Below, in pieces: positions 20,730 to 31,362 of a stretch of DNA of 64,000 nucleotides (the first letter of the stretch is position 1; every line of letters begins with the position of its first letter). A program made the position numbers and the translations under genes. Source of the DNA: Candidatus Omnitrophota bacterium (GTDB lineage Bacteria; Omnitrophota; Gorgyraeia; JAHIPI01); NCBI GenBank assembly GCA_016783745.1, contig JADHVZ010000006.1:3397-67396 (forward strand). Direction: 5' to 3'. Under the pieces are notes generated by a model. That model was given only the letters and a program-made list of their open reading frames with translations. It did no database searches and was not told where the DNA came from.

Positions 20730-20741
20730 TTCTTCTCCTGC

Positions 20742-22073
20742 TTATTTTTTATTCTTCTTCCGTTTTATTCTTATCCTTATCGGCACACCTGTAAGCCCCA
20801 GTTCATTCCTTAAAATATTTTTGATGCACTCTATATAATCACCTGAGACATTGCGCGGGTCATTGACCGATACCTCAAAAGTAGGCGGGGCCCCATCCTC
20901 CTGCTTCATGCCCTCTATCTTTATTAATTTACCGGAACGCACAAGCGGCACCTTATCGCTCATCTCTATTAGCTGCCGGATCCGCTTTATTTCATCGTCG
21001 GGAAACCTGGCCGTGATGTTTCTGAAGACCAGGCTTATAAGGGAGAATACATCCTCTAAGTTAAGGCCTGTTTTACAGGAGGTAAACAATACCGGTATGC
21101 CCCTGAGATATTTCATCTTTCTTACAAGCGCGTCCTGGTATTTAGCCATCTCAAATCCTGATATAAGGTCCCACTTATTGACGATGAGAAAAGAACCCTT
21201 CCCTGCCTCTTCCACAGAGCTTAGTATGCTCATATCGTCTCTTGTCAGCCCGTCATAAGCGTCTATCATGATCAAACTTATATCGCTTCGATCTATACTT
21301 TCTTTCGCCCTTAACATCCCGTAAACATCTACGGCGTCGTGTACCTTTCTTTTGTGGCGCATACCGGCCGTATCGACAATAATATAGTCGGTGTTCTGTC
21401 TCTTAAGATGTATGTCTATAGAATCCCTGGTAGTACCCGGTTCCTCGTGGACGATCACCCTCTCCTCATTTATTATCTTATTCACGAATGATGATTTTCC
21501 GACATTCGGCCTGCCGACTATCGCCACTCTTATGCCGGTCTCCGCGGGGCTTTCGTCGATCGACTGAGGCTTGATCCTTCCCGCGATGCTCTCGAGCAGC
21601 GTCGATATCCCGATATTATGGATCGCGGAAACAGGGTAAAGCTCGCCTATGCCGAAGGAATAAAATTCGCTTACATTCTCCTCCAATTTCTCATTATCCA
21701 CTTTATTCACGACGAGCACGATGTCCCCGCCGGATCTTCTTAAGACGGACAATATCTCCTCGTCCAGATTCGTTATTCCGTCGGTCACATCGCAGACAAA
21801 AAGTATTATATCAGCGCTTTCCAGCGCTATCTCGATCTGCCTTTTGATCATGCCGGAAATATGGTCGACGCGCCCAAAATCCAGTCCGCCGGTATCCACC
21901 AGCTCAAAGCTATATCCTTCCTTTTTAACTAAAGCGCTCACCCTGTCCCTGGTGGTGCCGGATTTCTTTTCGGTTATCGAGTGCCGCCGTCCGACGATCC
22001 TGTTAAACAGCGTCGATTTACCGACGTTAGGCCTTCCTATGATCGCGATCCTACTTATGCTTGACTGTTTCAT
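20742..22073 (-). CDS. der: Ribosome biogenesis GTPase Der (EngA)
   Basis: Two tandem G domains, each with GRPNVGKS and GTTRD. Confidence 0.96.
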   Translation of the reverse strand: MKQSSISRIAIIGRPNVGKSTLFNRIVGRRHSITEKKSGTTRDRVSALVKKEGYSFELVDTGGLDFGRVDHISGMIKRQIEIALESADIILFVCDVTDGITNLDEEILSVLRRSGGDIVLVVNKVDNEKLEENVSEFYSFGIGELYPVSAIHNIGISTLLESIAGRIKPQSIDESPAETGIRVAIVGRPNVGKSSFVNKIINEERVIVHEEPGTTRDSIDIHLKRQNTDYIIVDTAGMRHKRKVHDAVDVYGMLRAKESIDRSDISLIMIDAYDGLTRDDMSILSSVEEAGKGSFLIVNKWDLISGFEMAKYQDALVRKMKYLRGIPVLFTSCKTGLNLEDVFSLISLVFRNITARFPDDEIKRIRQLIEMSDKVPLVRSGKLIKIEGMKQEDGAPPTFEVSVNDPRNVSGDYIECIKNILRNELGLTGVPIRIRIKRKKNKK

Positions 22074-22611
22074 TTAACATCCTGTTTGTACGCACCAGAT
22101 AATAGATGCCTGAGGCAACCGTGAACAAGGCCGCCGCGCTCCATATGATATTAGAATAATTGAACCTTAAAAGAACGGCCAGGATCGTCATCATCTGCAA
22201 AAAAGTAGTGAATTTTCCGATCAGGCTTGGTTTGAATTCTATGGACCCGAACATCATCAATATCGCTGAAGCTCCGGTAAGTATGAATAAGTCTCTTGTT
22301 AAAACTATTATGAGGACCCAGGGCGGTATCCTGAGATGGCCGGGCACGGTGGATACAAATGTAAGGGTTATAAAGCTTACTACGATCAGGAATTTGTCGG
22401 CGAGCGGATCTAAAATGGCTCCCAGCCGACTCGCCTGTCCGTACCGGCGCGCTATATATCCGTCCACTGCGTCGGTAATAATAGCCGAGATAAAAATAGC
22501 GATAGGCAGGCCGGCCAGCACAGCATTATCCGCGCGGTAATACAGCATGGATAATACAAATAACGGCGTCAGCAACAACCTTATAAAAGAGAATTTATTG
22601 GCAAGATTCAT
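22051..22611 (-). CDS. pgsA: CDP-alcohol phosphatidyltransferase, PgsA-like
   Basis: TDAVDGYIAR...SRLGAILDPLADK signature. Confidence 0.85.
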   Translation of the reverse strand: MNLANKFSFIRLLLTPLFVLSMLYYRADNAVLAGLPIAIFISAIITDAVDGYIARRYGQASRLGAILDPLADKFLIVVSFITLTFVSTVPGHLRIPPWVLIIVLTRDLFILTGASAILMMFGSIEFKPSLIGKFTTFLQMMTILAVLLRFNYSNIIWSAAALFTVASGIYYLVRTNRMLNETVKHK

Positions 22612-22651
22612 AATTTGAAGCTACTATATCACATGGCTATATCAAAGTCAA

Positions 22652-22773
22652 TCATTTGGGGACGTGTGAGAAGGGGACGGTCCAAAAGGGGACAGGTCAC
22701 TTAGATAGTATGGTGTGTCCCCTTTTGACACGTCCCCAAATGACACGTCCCCTTCTCACACGTCCCCTTTTTG
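22652..22773. repeat. GGGGACGTGT-family 15-bp tandem arms in inverted arrangement
   Basis: Three GGGGAC units at 15-bp period (22658-22700) and four inverted GTCCCC units (22713-22773). Confidence 0.85.
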
Positions 22774-23280
22774 CTACGGTTCATCCAGAAGAAGGATGTC
22801 CGCCTTCTGGATCAATGAAGCTGATATCATGATCTTCTGGTGTTCCCCGGAGCTCAGCGTGCCCATATCCCGCTCTTTAAAACGGCTCATATGAACGGCT
22901 TCCAGGGCCTCATCGACTTCGCGCTCATCTTCCGCGGTCACCATGGAAAAAGGATTGAGGTACGGATACTTGCTCAAAAGGATAAATTCATGAACTTTAA
23001 AAGGGTACGCTCTCGCGTCAGGCTGGGGAACATAACTCATCTCTTTGGCGAGGTCTTTCTGCTTAAAATGCCTTACTTCGGTTCCATTGATCTTTATACC
23101 GCCGGTCCCGCCGGTAAGGATCCTTATCATATTCTTTAGAAGCGTGGTCTTTCCCGCCCCGTTAGGGCCGACTATTGTCAGATATTCGCCCTTCTTCACG
23201 GAAAATCCTACGGAGCGCAGGATATCGCCGTTGCCGTAAGAGTATGAGAAATTTTCTACTTCTATAGCGAATTTTTCCAT
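22774..23280 (-). pseudogene. Truncated iron-chelate/cobalamin ABC transporter ATPase (BtuD/FecE-like)
   Basis: Walker A GPNGAGKTT and signature LSSGE are present, but the frame stops at Walker B LLLDEP*. The D-loop and H-loop are missing and the repeat array follows the stop. Confidence 0.8.
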
Positions 23281-23286
23281 GTGGGA

Positions 23287-24144
23287 TCAGAGGACCTGCT
23301 CGATATCTCTCAATATCAAGGTAAAGCGGGGGCCGGGGATGGCTATGTAATCGCCGTTCAAAACGTGAATATCTCCGCTTTTAACGGCATTTACCTTATC
23401 GATAGTTTTCCATTCCTCAATTAATCCAGGCTTGTCCTCGTCAGGGATATGCGGCGCCATCTCCAGTATTATATCGGGATTCATCCTCATTATAGACTCT
23501 ACGGACAAGGTGGGATAACTTATATCATTATCGGAAGATACGTTTTCACAGCCCAGGATATCCAAAAGGTCGCTATAGAAGGTCTCTTTCCCCGCTACAT
23601 ATACATTTTCAAGCGAGCCTTTGTTTCTACTGACCGCTATCATTATCCGTTTAGCCGTTCTAAGCTCGGCTCTTTCCCGGAATGACTTTATACTATCCCG
23701 TTTATTATTCACTATCTCCCGCGCTTTATTTTTCACGCCGCATTTTAAGCCTATTTCTTCTATCGTAGTCAGTATACTGTCGACAGTTTGCGTGTTTACC
23801 GTAAAATGATCGATTTCCGTGGCATCAAAAAGTTTTTTTATCTCATCGTCATATTCGGACGGCGAGATCACCAGGTCCGGCTTCAGGAATATAATGGATT
23901 CGAAGTTAGTGTTCAGATATCCCCCTACCCTGAACTTATCATTCACATCCGGAGGATAACTGCAGAAGTCAGTCACTCCCACAACTTTATCCCCGAGTCC
24001 CAGCTCATAAAGTATCTCGGTTATGCTGGGAGACAAAGACACTATACGGTTATAGGTCATTTTTTGATCTTGCGCAAGGCAGGGCCGATAAAGAAATGTC
24101 AGGCAAAAAATTAGAATAAGCGTTTTTTTCATAAAAAATCTCAT
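23287..24144 (-). CDS. Cobalamin/iron-siderophore ABC transporter substrate-binding protein (BtuF-like)
   Basis: Signal peptide; RIVSLSPSITEILYELGLGDKVVGVT.FC.YP, ESI...NPD and PGPR motifs. Confidence 0.88.
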   Translation of the reverse strand: MRFFMKKTLILIFCLTFLYRPCLAQDQKMTYNRIVSLSPSITEILYELGLGDKVVGVTDFCSYPPDVNDKFRVGGYLNTNFESIIFLKPDLVISPSEYDDEIKKLFDATEIDHFTVNTQTVDSILTTIEEIGLKCGVKNKAREIVNNKRDSIKSFRERAELRTAKRIMIAVSRNKGSLENVYVAGKETFYSDLLDILGCENVSSDNDISYPTLSVESIMRMNPDIILEMAPHIPDEDKPGLIEEWKTIDKVNAVKSGDIHVLNGDYIAIPGPRFTLILRDIEQVL

Positions 24145-24255
24145 AGCTTCAACTCTTCTTTCGATAAATAATTATACCATAAAATGAGGTTAAAACGTAA
24201 CTTTTCCTCCGCTGTCTGCACTACGTTGATACCCGGTATATCTTTAAAAACGGGA

Positions 24256-24365
24256 GGGGACAGACACTTTTTTTGAAGAGTTGGGACAGACACTTTTTGT
24301 AGCTATATAAGTAACCTCAAAAAGTGTCTGTCCCTGACAACGCCGCAAAAAAAGTGTCTGTCCCC
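24256..24365. repeat. GGGACAGACAC(T)n repeats, two direct and two inverted
   Basis: Copies at 24256-24274 and 24283-24298; inverted copies at 24319-24334 and 24347-24365. Confidence 0.88.
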
Positions 24366-24371
24366 TTCATG

Positions 24372-24950
24372 CTATTTAAGCTTCTGGATGCGCCAGGGAG
24401 GCCACCAAATGAACATGGCCCTTCCTATAACATTCTCTTGCGGCACAAACCCCCAATACCGGGAGTCCTTGGAGCTGGCGCTGTTATCGCCCAGGACAAA
24501 ATAATCGTCTTCGGGGACATCGACAGGCCAACCCGACCTTCCGTAATAACCTTTATTATAATAGTGTATATTTTCGACCTCCGGCGGGCCATCCAGAGAT
24601 TTTCCGTTTATGATTATATCTCCGTTAGAGATCTCGACCGCTTCTCCGCCTTCGCCGACCAGCCGTTTTATAAAATCCTTCTTCTCATCCTCGGGATATT
24701 TAAAGACGATAATGTCTCCTCTCATGGGCTTCCTTAATCCCGGCAGCTTGATATCTGTAAACGGGATCTTAGGCCCATAAAGAAGTTTATTGACCATTAT
24801 CTTATCGCCTTCTTTTAATGTGGGCCTCATCGACCCGGAAGGGATCCTGAAAGCCTGAATAAAAAAAGCCCTTATGAATAACGCGAGAACAACCGCTATT
24901 ACAATTGATTCGACCCATTCCCTGATTATAGCTTTAGTGCTATGTCTCAT
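24372..24950 (-). CDS. lepB: Signal peptidase I
   Basis: IPSGSM.PTL, FIKRLVG and GDN...S.DSRYWGFVP motifs. Start set to MRHSTK at 24950, just after the lepA stop. Confidence 0.95.
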   Translation of the reverse strand: MRHSTKAIIREWVESIVIAVVLALFIRAFFIQAFRIPSGSMRPTLKEGDKIMVNKLLYGPKIPFTDIKLPGLRKPMRGDIIVFKYPEDEKKDFIKRLVGEGGEAVEISNGDIIINGKSLDGPPEVENIHYYNKGYYGRSGWPVDVPEDDYFVLGDNSASSKDSRYWGFVPQENVIGRAMFIWWPPWRIQKLK

Positions 24951-24952
24951 GA

Positions 24953-26746
24953 TCAAGCCTTTAGCGCGGCCATAAAAGCCTTTTGCGGTATTTGGACTTT
25001 TCCGAATTGCTTCATCTTTTTCTTGCCTTCTTTCTGCTTTTCCCAAAGCTTTCTTTTGCGCGTTATGTCCCCGCCGTAACATTTGCCCGTGACATTCTTC
25101 TTTAAGGGCTTGACGGTGGACCTGGCTATTATATTATTGCCTATCGCCGCCTGAATAGCGACTTCTATCATCTGCTTGGGTATCAGTTCCTTTAATTTAT
25201 CGACTATGGCGCGGCCTTTGAACTGGGCTTTTTCCCTGTGTATGATGGATGACATCGCGTCAAAGGGGTCTCCGTTTAAAAGTATATCCAACTTTACCAT
25301 ATCGCTCTCCTGGTAGTCAAGGAATTCGTAGTCAAGCGAACCGTAGCCTCTTGTAAGCGATTTTATCTTATCATAGAAATCCACTATGATCTCGGAAAGG
25401 GGCATTATGTATATCAGCTTGGCCTTCTTTTCTCCTATATACTCTGTGCTTATATACTCGCCCCTTTTGGATTCAGCAAGCTGCATCATGTTTCCTATTG
25501 ATTCGCTCGGGGTGATTATATAAGCGGATACATAAGGCTCTCTTATCTCCTGGATAAGGTTAACCGCCGGCAGCTTGCACGGATTGTCAACCTCTACCAT
25601 CTCGCCGTCTGTTTTCAGGATCCTGTATATTACGCTCGGGGTACTTACGACAAGATTAAGGTCATGCTCCCTCTCCAGTCTTTCCTGTATTATCTCCATA
25701 TGCAAAAGCCCCAGGAATCCGCAGCGGAAGCCGAAACCCAGCGACGCGGAACTCTCAGGCTCATAATGGAATGACGCGTCACTCAATCTTAATTTCGCCA
25801 TGGCGTCTTTTAAGGCCTCATAGTCTTTACTGTTTACGGGATATATCCCGCTAAAGACCATCGGCTGAAGTTTTTTATATCCCGGCAAGGATTCTTTGGC
25901 AGGGTCACTTGCCATGGTTATGGTATCCCCTATCTCTATTTCTCCGGCGTCTCTTATATTGCAAGTGAGATAGCCTACTTCCCCGCAGTACAACTTATCA
26001 ATAGCCTTCGCCTTCGGCGTAAAAACACCTATCTCCAGAACCTCATATTTTTTCTTAGTACTCATCATAAGGATCTCATCGCCCTTGCTTATGGATCCGT
26101 TTTTTATTCTGACATAAATAATAGCGCCTTTGTATGTATCATAGCTTGAATCAAATATCAGCGCCTGCAAAGGATTGGACTCACTCCCGCCGGGAGACGG
26201 GATCCTGTTAATGATCTCTTCGATCACGCTTATCACATTGGTCCCCTCTTTGGCGCTGACAAGAAGTATCTCTTCTCCCTGCCCCTTAAGGAGATTAACG
26301 ATCTGGTGCTTCACTTTTTCAGGCTCAGCGTTTGAAAGGTCTATCTTATTGATGACGGGTATTATAACGATATTATGCTCCATCGCCATATAAAGGTTGG
26401 CCACCGTCTGCGCCTGTATACCCTGAGCGGCATCCACAACCAGTAACGCGCCTTCGCAGGCCGCGACGGATTTTGACACTTCATAAGTAAAATCCACGTG
26501 CCCCGGGGTATCTATGAGATTAAGAATATACTCTTCGCCGGAGGTAGACTTATAGTGAAGCCTGACAGCGCTGGATTTTATGGTGATGCCTCTTTCCCGC
26601 TCGATGTCCATATCATCCAGCATCTGCGCGTGAAACTCCCTCTCCGTTATGGCAAATGTCAATTGCAGTATCCGGTCGGCGAGGGTGGACTTGCCGTGGT
26701 CGATATGCGCGATTATAGAAAAATTTCGAATTTTGCTGATGTCCAT
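24953..26746 (-). CDS. lepA: Elongation factor 4 (LepA)
   Basis: [31 protein letters not shown] and [13 protein letters not shown] motifs. Confidence 0.98.
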   Translation of the reverse strand: MDISKIRNFSIIAHIDHGKSTLADRILQLTFAITEREFHAQMLDDMDIERERGITIKSSAVRLHYKSTSGEEYILNLIDTPGHVDFTYEVSKSVAACEGALLVVDAAQGIQAQTVANLYMAMEHNIVIIPVINKIDLSNAEPEKVKHQIVNLLKGQGEEILLVSAKEGTNVISVIEEIINRIPSPGGSESNPLQALIFDSSYDTYKGAIIYVRIKNGSISKGDEILMMSTKKKYEVLEIGVFTPKAKAIDKLYCGEVGYLTCNIRDAGEIEIGDTITMASDPAKESLPGYKKLQPMVFSGIYPVNSKDYEALKDAMAKLRLSDASFHYEPESSASLGFGFRCGFLGLLHMEIIQERLEREHDLNLVVSTPSVIYRILKTDGEMVEVDNPCKLPAVNLIQEIREPYVSAYIITPSESIGNMMQLAESKRGEYISTEYIGEKKAKLIYIMPLSEIIVDFYDKIKSLTRGYGSLDYEFLDYQESDMVKLDILLNGDPFDAMSSIIHREKAQFKGRAIVDKLKELIPKQMIEVAIQAAIGNNIIARSTVKPLKKNVTGKCYGGDITRKRKLWEKQKEGKKKMKQFGKVQIPQKAFMAALKA

Positions 26747-26770
26747 AATTCTGATTTTTGAGTCAATTTG

Positions 26771-26820
26771 AGGTTACGAGACGTTACGAGAGGTTACGAG
26801 AAGTTACGAAAGGTTACAGA
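26771..26820 (+). repeat. 10-bp tandem repeat, AGGTTACGAG-like, 5 copies
   Basis: aggttacgag acgttacgag aggttacgag aagttacgaa aggttacaga; related array at 48701-48738. Confidence 0.85.
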
Positions 26821-26827
26821 ATCCCTC

Positions 26828-28246
26828 CTACTTTAAGCTGTTCGCTATCCTCTTGCCCGCGTCAAGCAGCTTGAGCGCCCTCTTATCGCTTGCCGCCTCC
26901 GAGTATATCCTTAATATCGGCTCGGTTCCCGAAAACCTGAGAAGAAGCCATGTCTTATCTTCCAGGATAAATTTCACTCCGTCGTATGATTTTACGTCCA
27001 CGACTTTTTTGCCTAATATTCTGGCCGGCGGCTTAACCTTCAGCGTATTCATAAGCTTCTGCTTAAGATGATCCGGATATCTTGTGTCTATGCGCCTGTA
27101 ATAGTAACTTCCGTATTCTTTCGCTATATCCTTTAGTATCGCGGACAACTTCTTATTCCTGTGGCACATCATCTCAAGCACCAGAAGGCCTGAGAGTATT
27201 CCGTCTCTCTCCGGAATATAGTTTTTGTATCCTATGCCTCCCGCTTCTTCTCCTCCGATCAGGATATCGTTAAATCTCATAAGGTCGCATATATATTTAA
27301 ATCCTACGGGCGTCTCGTATATCTTGAGGCCGTATTTCTCGCAGATCTTGTCTATAAGAACTGTCCCGCATATGGTCTGCACGACTGCACCCGTCATCTT
27401 CCTGTCTTCTAGAAAATGAAGCAGTAAAAGCGCGATCACCCTGTGCCCTGTCAGCACTTTGCCGTCCGGGCCGACTATAGCTACCCTGTCAACGTCTCCG
27501 TCTGTCGCTATGCCCAGGTCATATCCGCCCTTTTTCACGCCTTCCATCAAAGAGCCCAGATTCTTTTCGATAGGTTCCGGATTAATGCCTCCGAAATACG
27601 GGTCTCTATGGCTGCGGATAGTCACGACTTTATTCTTTGTCTTTGACAAGAGCTGCTCAGCAAAATTATACGCTGAGCCGTGCATCACATCCACCAGCAC
27701 CTTGAATTTTCCCTTCTTCAAAGCCTTCCAGTCCAGGTACGATGATAAAAAACGCAAATGTGCCGGGCAGACATTTTCATATTTCAACAGCCCGTTCTTA
27801 GCAAACTTTGTCGTGGTGGTCCTTTTAGGCTTGGTCTTATACAGGTTTTTCTCTATTTTTCCTGTGATCCCCGGATCCGCGCTGCCGGAATAGAACGCCT
27901 TGTACTTGATGCCGTTATAATAGGGCGGGTTATGGCTTGCGGTTATCATGACACCGCCGTTCAGCTTTTTATCCTTGATAGCGTAAGAGACTGCCGGAGT
28001 CGGTGACGGCCTGTCGGTAAGGATAACACGGATACCGTTAGTCACCAGATTTTTAGCCACTATTTCCGCGTATTTTTCCGACATGAAACGGGGGTCATAA
28101 CCGACTATGATCCTGATCACTTTTCCTCTATATTCTTTTTTTAGAAAATCGCTTATGGCCTGCGCCACGATCCTCACGTTTTCAAAAGTAAAGTCATCAC
28201 TTATTACGGCTCTCCATCCATCTGTTCCAAACTTGATCTTACTCAC
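26828..28246 (-). CDS. Phosphoglucomutase/phosphomannomutase family protein
   Basis: FGTDGWR, TASHNP, DGDVDR, GGEEAGG and RFSGTEP motifs. Confidence 0.93.
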   Translation of the reverse strand: MSKIKFGTDGWRAVISDDFTFENVRIVAQAISDFLKKEYRGKVIRIIVGYDPRFMSEKYAEIVAKNLVTNGIRVILTDRPSPTPAVSYAIKDKKLNGGVMITASHNPPYYNGIKYKAFYSGSADPGITGKIEKNLYKTKPKRTTTTKFAKNGLLKYENVCPAHLRFLSSYLDWKALKKGKFKVLVDVMHGSAYNFAEQLLSKTKNKVVTIRSHRDPYFGGINPEPIEKNLGSLMEGVKKGGYDLGIATDGDVDRVAIVGPDGKVLTGHRVIALLLLHFLEDRKMTGAVVQTICGTVLIDKICEKYGLKIYETPVGFKYICDLMRFNDILIGGEEAGGIGYKNYIPERDGILSGLLVLEMMCHRNKKLSAILKDIAKEYGSYYYRRIDTRYPDHLKQKLMNTLKVKPPARILGKKVVDVKSYDGVKFILEDKTWLLLRFSGTEPILRIYSEAASDKRALKLLDAGKRIANSLK

Positions 28247-28250
28247 TTTA

Positions 28251-28889
28251 TTACCCCCTTAAATATTTTATCGCCTTTTTCATGTCAGGCGCGTTAAAAA
28301 TGTATGTACCGGCTACAAGAATATTCGCGCCGGCTTTAACAGCTTCCCTCGCGGTTATTTTGCTTATTCCGCCATCGACCTGTATATCGCCTTTATAGAT
28401 CTTTCTTAATTCTCTGATCTTCGGCATCATATCCCTCATAAATGCCTGGCCGCCGAATCCCGGCTCAACCGTCATGATCAGCACCATATCTATTTTTTTG
28501 AGATTCTTACGGATCATATCTATGCCGCTCTTAGGCTTTAGCGAAACACCGGCCTTTATGCCGGATGACTTGATGCGCGATAAAAGAGCGCCTATATTTC
28601 TCTCTGATTCCGCGTGGATGGTTATGATATCGCTTCCCGCCTTCCTAAACCCGTCTATATATTTAGAAGGCTCTTTTATCATAAGGTGCACATCAAGAGG
28701 TATGCTGGTGATCTTTCTTAAGTCACGTACCACCGAAGGCCCTATTGTAATATTAGGTACGAAGTGGCCGTCCATGATGTCGACGTGTATCATGTCCGCT
28801 CCGGCTGCCTCCGCTCTCTTTACCTCGCTGCCAAGTTTGCTGAAGTCCGCGGCGAGTATGGACGGTGCAATAAGTATTTTTCTAGCCAT
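28251..28889 (-). CDS. rpe: Ribulose-phosphate 3-epimerase
   Basis: IAPSILAADF, HVDIMDGHFVPN, MTVEPGFGGQ and VDGG motifs. Confidence 0.97.
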   Translation of the reverse strand: MARKILIAPSILAADFSKLGSEVKRAEAAGADMIHVDIMDGHFVPNITIGPSVVRDLRKITSIPLDVHLMIKEPSKYIDGFRKAGSDIITIHAESERNIGALLSRIKSSGIKAGVSLKPKSGIDMIRKNLKKIDMVLIMTVEPGFGGQAFMRDMMPKIRELRKIYKGDIQVDGGISKITAREAVKAGANILVAGTYIFNAPDMKKAIKYLRG

Positions 28890-28902
28890 TGTTTTCTCCG
28901 TA

Positions 28903-28970
28903 ATTACAAGGTCACCAGGTCACCAGGGGTTTTCTTATACTGGTGACGTGTGACTTTGTGACCTTGTGAC
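28903..28970. repeat. GTCAC-family inverted arm element, second copy
   Basis: (GTCACCAG)x2, spacer AGGGGTTTTCTTAT identical to 18291-18304, then four inverted GTGAC units. Confidence 0.85.
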
Positions 28971-28999
28971 TCATGTATTTTAACATTATAATTCATTCT

Positions 29000-30058
29000 T
29001 CACCTTCGCACCATTATTGAATAGATCCTGGCGATATCCTCGAGCGTCACTACCCCGCAAATCGCGGAGTTGCGCAATACCGGCAGCGCCTTGATCTGGT
29101 TCTCCTCCATCAAGCGCTGCACCTTAGTAAGCTTGTCCTCGGGAGCAACATAAGGCACTTTGACTCTCATTATGTCGGATAGCGGCGTAGCGGGACCACT
29201 CTTATGCATAGCAAGAATAATGTCAGATCTTGTGGCGAACCCCACCATCTCAGCGCCATCCATCACAGGGAAGTCCTCCTGGTGCGCATGAAACACAAGT
29301 TCAAGCACTTTCGAGATCGTTGTACCCTTATCAAGCGTCATAAATTGCGAATTAAGTATATCCTTTACTCTATAGCCTTTCAAAGTCTCCCTGACGTCAA
29401 CATGGCTTTCTTCAGCCGACGCGGCCATGTAAATGAAAATTGCTATTAATATCAAAAAAGGGTGCCTGTAAACAAACCCTATATATCCGAAAAATATCGC
29501 GAATATATGCCCTATGTAAACCGCTATCTTTGTAGCTCTTCTGAAATCGATCCTGGTGGCAAGTATAGAACGCAGCAGCCTCCCGCCGTCCATCGGAAAT
29601 GCCGGCAATAGATTAAAAACAGCAAGCACTATGTTGATCAACGGGACCATCGCGACTGTATGGCGCCATGTGTTACCTAATGTGGGATTGCGCAAAATAC
29701 TCTTTGGCATCCACGGCGCGCTGCTAAGTATCAAATAAAGCAAGGCCGCTATAACGATGTTTGAAAGCGGGCCTACTATCGAAATAATGAATTCCTGCTT
29801 CGGGCTTTCCGGCATCTTGCTCATCGACGCCACTCCGCCTATAGGCAGAAGCGTGATGTCCCTTACCTTTATACCGAATTTCCTTGCCGCTAAACTATGG
29901 GTCAGCTCATGGATAGTCACGCAGATAAATACAATAAGCACAAGCACCATGGATTTCAACCCTCCGATCATAAGAAAAATGACCGGCAAAAAAAGGAAGG
30001 TAATATGAACATTGACGGATATCCCTAAGACCTTGAATAATTTAATAGATCCCTTCAT
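29000..30058 (-). CDS. Site-2 (M50) membrane metalloprotease with CBS domains
   Basis: HELTH and FNLLPAFPMDGGR motifs; C-terminal CBS pair. Confidence 0.92.
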   Translation of the reverse strand: MKGSIKLFKVLGISVNVHITFLFLPVIFLMIGGLKSMVLVLIVFICVTIHELTHSLAARKFGIKVRDITLLPIGGVASMSKMPESPKQEFIISIVGPLSNIVIAALLYLILSSAPWMPKSILRNPTLGNTWRHTVAMVPLINIVLAVFNLLPAFPMDGGRLLRSILATRIDFRRATKIAVYIGHIFAIFFGYIGFVYRHPFLILIAIFIYMAASAEESHVDVRETLKGYRVKDILNSQFMTLDKGTTISKVLELVFHAHQEDFPVMDGAEMVGFATRSDIILAMHKSGPATPLSDIMRVKVPYVAPEDKLTKVQRLMEENQIKALPVLRNSAICGVVTLEDIARIYSIMVRR

Positions 30059-30083
30059 GATTCCACGCTTATCGCCGGCGGTT

Positions 30084-31361
30084 TTAAAACGCCCGCGTTA
30101 TCTCCTTTATTCTTTTACTCTCTTTTTCCACTGCCGGGCCTACTATGGCTATATTGAGAGATCCTTTTCTGAATACCCGCCGGGCGCTATCCCGCACATC
30201 ATCAATAGTCACATCTTGAACCGCGGACAATATTTTGTTTACATCAATAGGTCCGTCACCCGTAACGGTCTTCTTGCCCAGCCACAACATGTGAGAGGCC
30301 GTATCCTCGAGAAGAAACATCAGATGACCCAGGTAATATTCCTTAGCCCGCTCAAATTCTTTGCGCGTTATAGGATCTTCCTTTATCCTTGAGACCTCCT
30401 TCATCATAAGATCGACCGCCTTAGCGACTTTCCTGTTATCCACACCCGCTTCTATCAGCGCGGCGCCTCCGTCAGCGTAATAATGCACGTGTGAACCGAT
30501 GGCATAAGCAAGGCCTCTCTTCTCGCGCAATTCATGAAATAATCTGGAAGACATATTAGCGCCTAAGGCAACGTTTAAAAGATCCATAGCGTACCTTAGA
30601 GGGTTGTTACGTGAAAACCCGTGAAACCCTATCACTATATGTGTCTGCTCTGTGTCCTTATTAAGCAATTTTACTTTGGGAGAGCGCTGATCCACCTTCA
30701 TCTTGTTATAATTATTCGCCTTGCCCGTTTTTCTGCCTGAGAACAGACTCGCGCATGAGTCGACCAGCACGTTCCAATCAACGTCGCCACAAGCCACAAC
30801 AGTAATGCTGGAAGGGCTGTATGTCCTGTTTCTGTACGCCAGAATATCACGCCTGGTCACAGAATTTACGGTGTCGATAGTGCCCACCAGCGGTATGCCC
30901 ATTGCCTGCTTAGGCCACATGAGCTCTCCCATGAGATCGTTCGCGTATTGGTCAGGCTGGTCCTTATACATCTTGATCTCTTCCAGGATAACAAACCGTT
31001 CCTTCTCAATATCTTTGAGGTCTATCTTGGCGTTCAGCACCATGTCGCCCAGGACATCGACACCCAGCTTCAAATGCCTTCCCAACACCTTGGCTAAATA
31101 ACATGTGACTTCCTCAGATGTAAAGGCGTTCAATGAGCCGCCGATACCCTCTATGGTATTTTTTATCTGGGAGGTAGTTCTTTTCTTTGTCCCTTTAAAT
31201 AAAAGGTGCTCGAGGAAATGGCTTATGCCCCTGTTCCTTGTGTTTTCATAGCGCCCACCCGTAGCTATCCATATCCCCAGAGCAACCGATCTCATCTGCG
31301 GCATACTACGCGCTATTATTTTTAATCCGTTATTAAGGGTTTCTGTATTATATTCGCACAT
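30084..31361 (-). CDS. M16 family zinc peptidase
   Basis: HFLEHLLFKGT and SSRLFHELREKRGLAY motifs. Confidence 0.93.
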   Translation of the reverse strand: MCEYNTETLNNGLKIIARSMPQMRSVALGIWIATGGRYENTRNRGISHFLEHLLFKGTKKRTTSQIKNTIEGIGGSLNAFTSEEVTCYLAKVLGRHLKLGVDVLGDMVLNAKIDLKDIEKERFVILEEIKMYKDQPDQYANDLMGELMWPKQAMGIPLVGTIDTVNSVTRRDILAYRNRTYSPSSITVVACGDVDWNVLVDSCASLFSGRKTGKANNYNKMKVDQRSPKVKLLNKDTEQTHIVIGFHGFSRNNPLRYAMDLLNVALGANMSSRLFHELREKRGLAYAIGSHVHYYADGGAALIEAGVDNRKVAKAVDLMMKEVSRIKEDPITRKEFERAKEYYLGHLMFLLEDTASHMLWLGKKTVTGDGPIDVNKILSAVQDVTIDDVRDSARRVFRKGSLNIAIVGPAVEKESKRIKEITRAF

Positions 31362-31362
31362 A

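Noticed and set aside
24145-24255. Cobalamin riboswitch upstream of the BtuF-like gene
   Set aside because: No B12-box-like motif is visible and the available space is short.
22652-24365. GGGGAC repeat clusters as CRISPR arrays
   Set aside because: Units are 15-19 bp, arranged as inverted arms without unique spacers of about 30 bp; no cas genes are present.
24951-25082. N-terminal extension of lepB
   Set aside because: It overlaps the lepA 3' end; ATG 24950 gives a normal-length signal peptidase.
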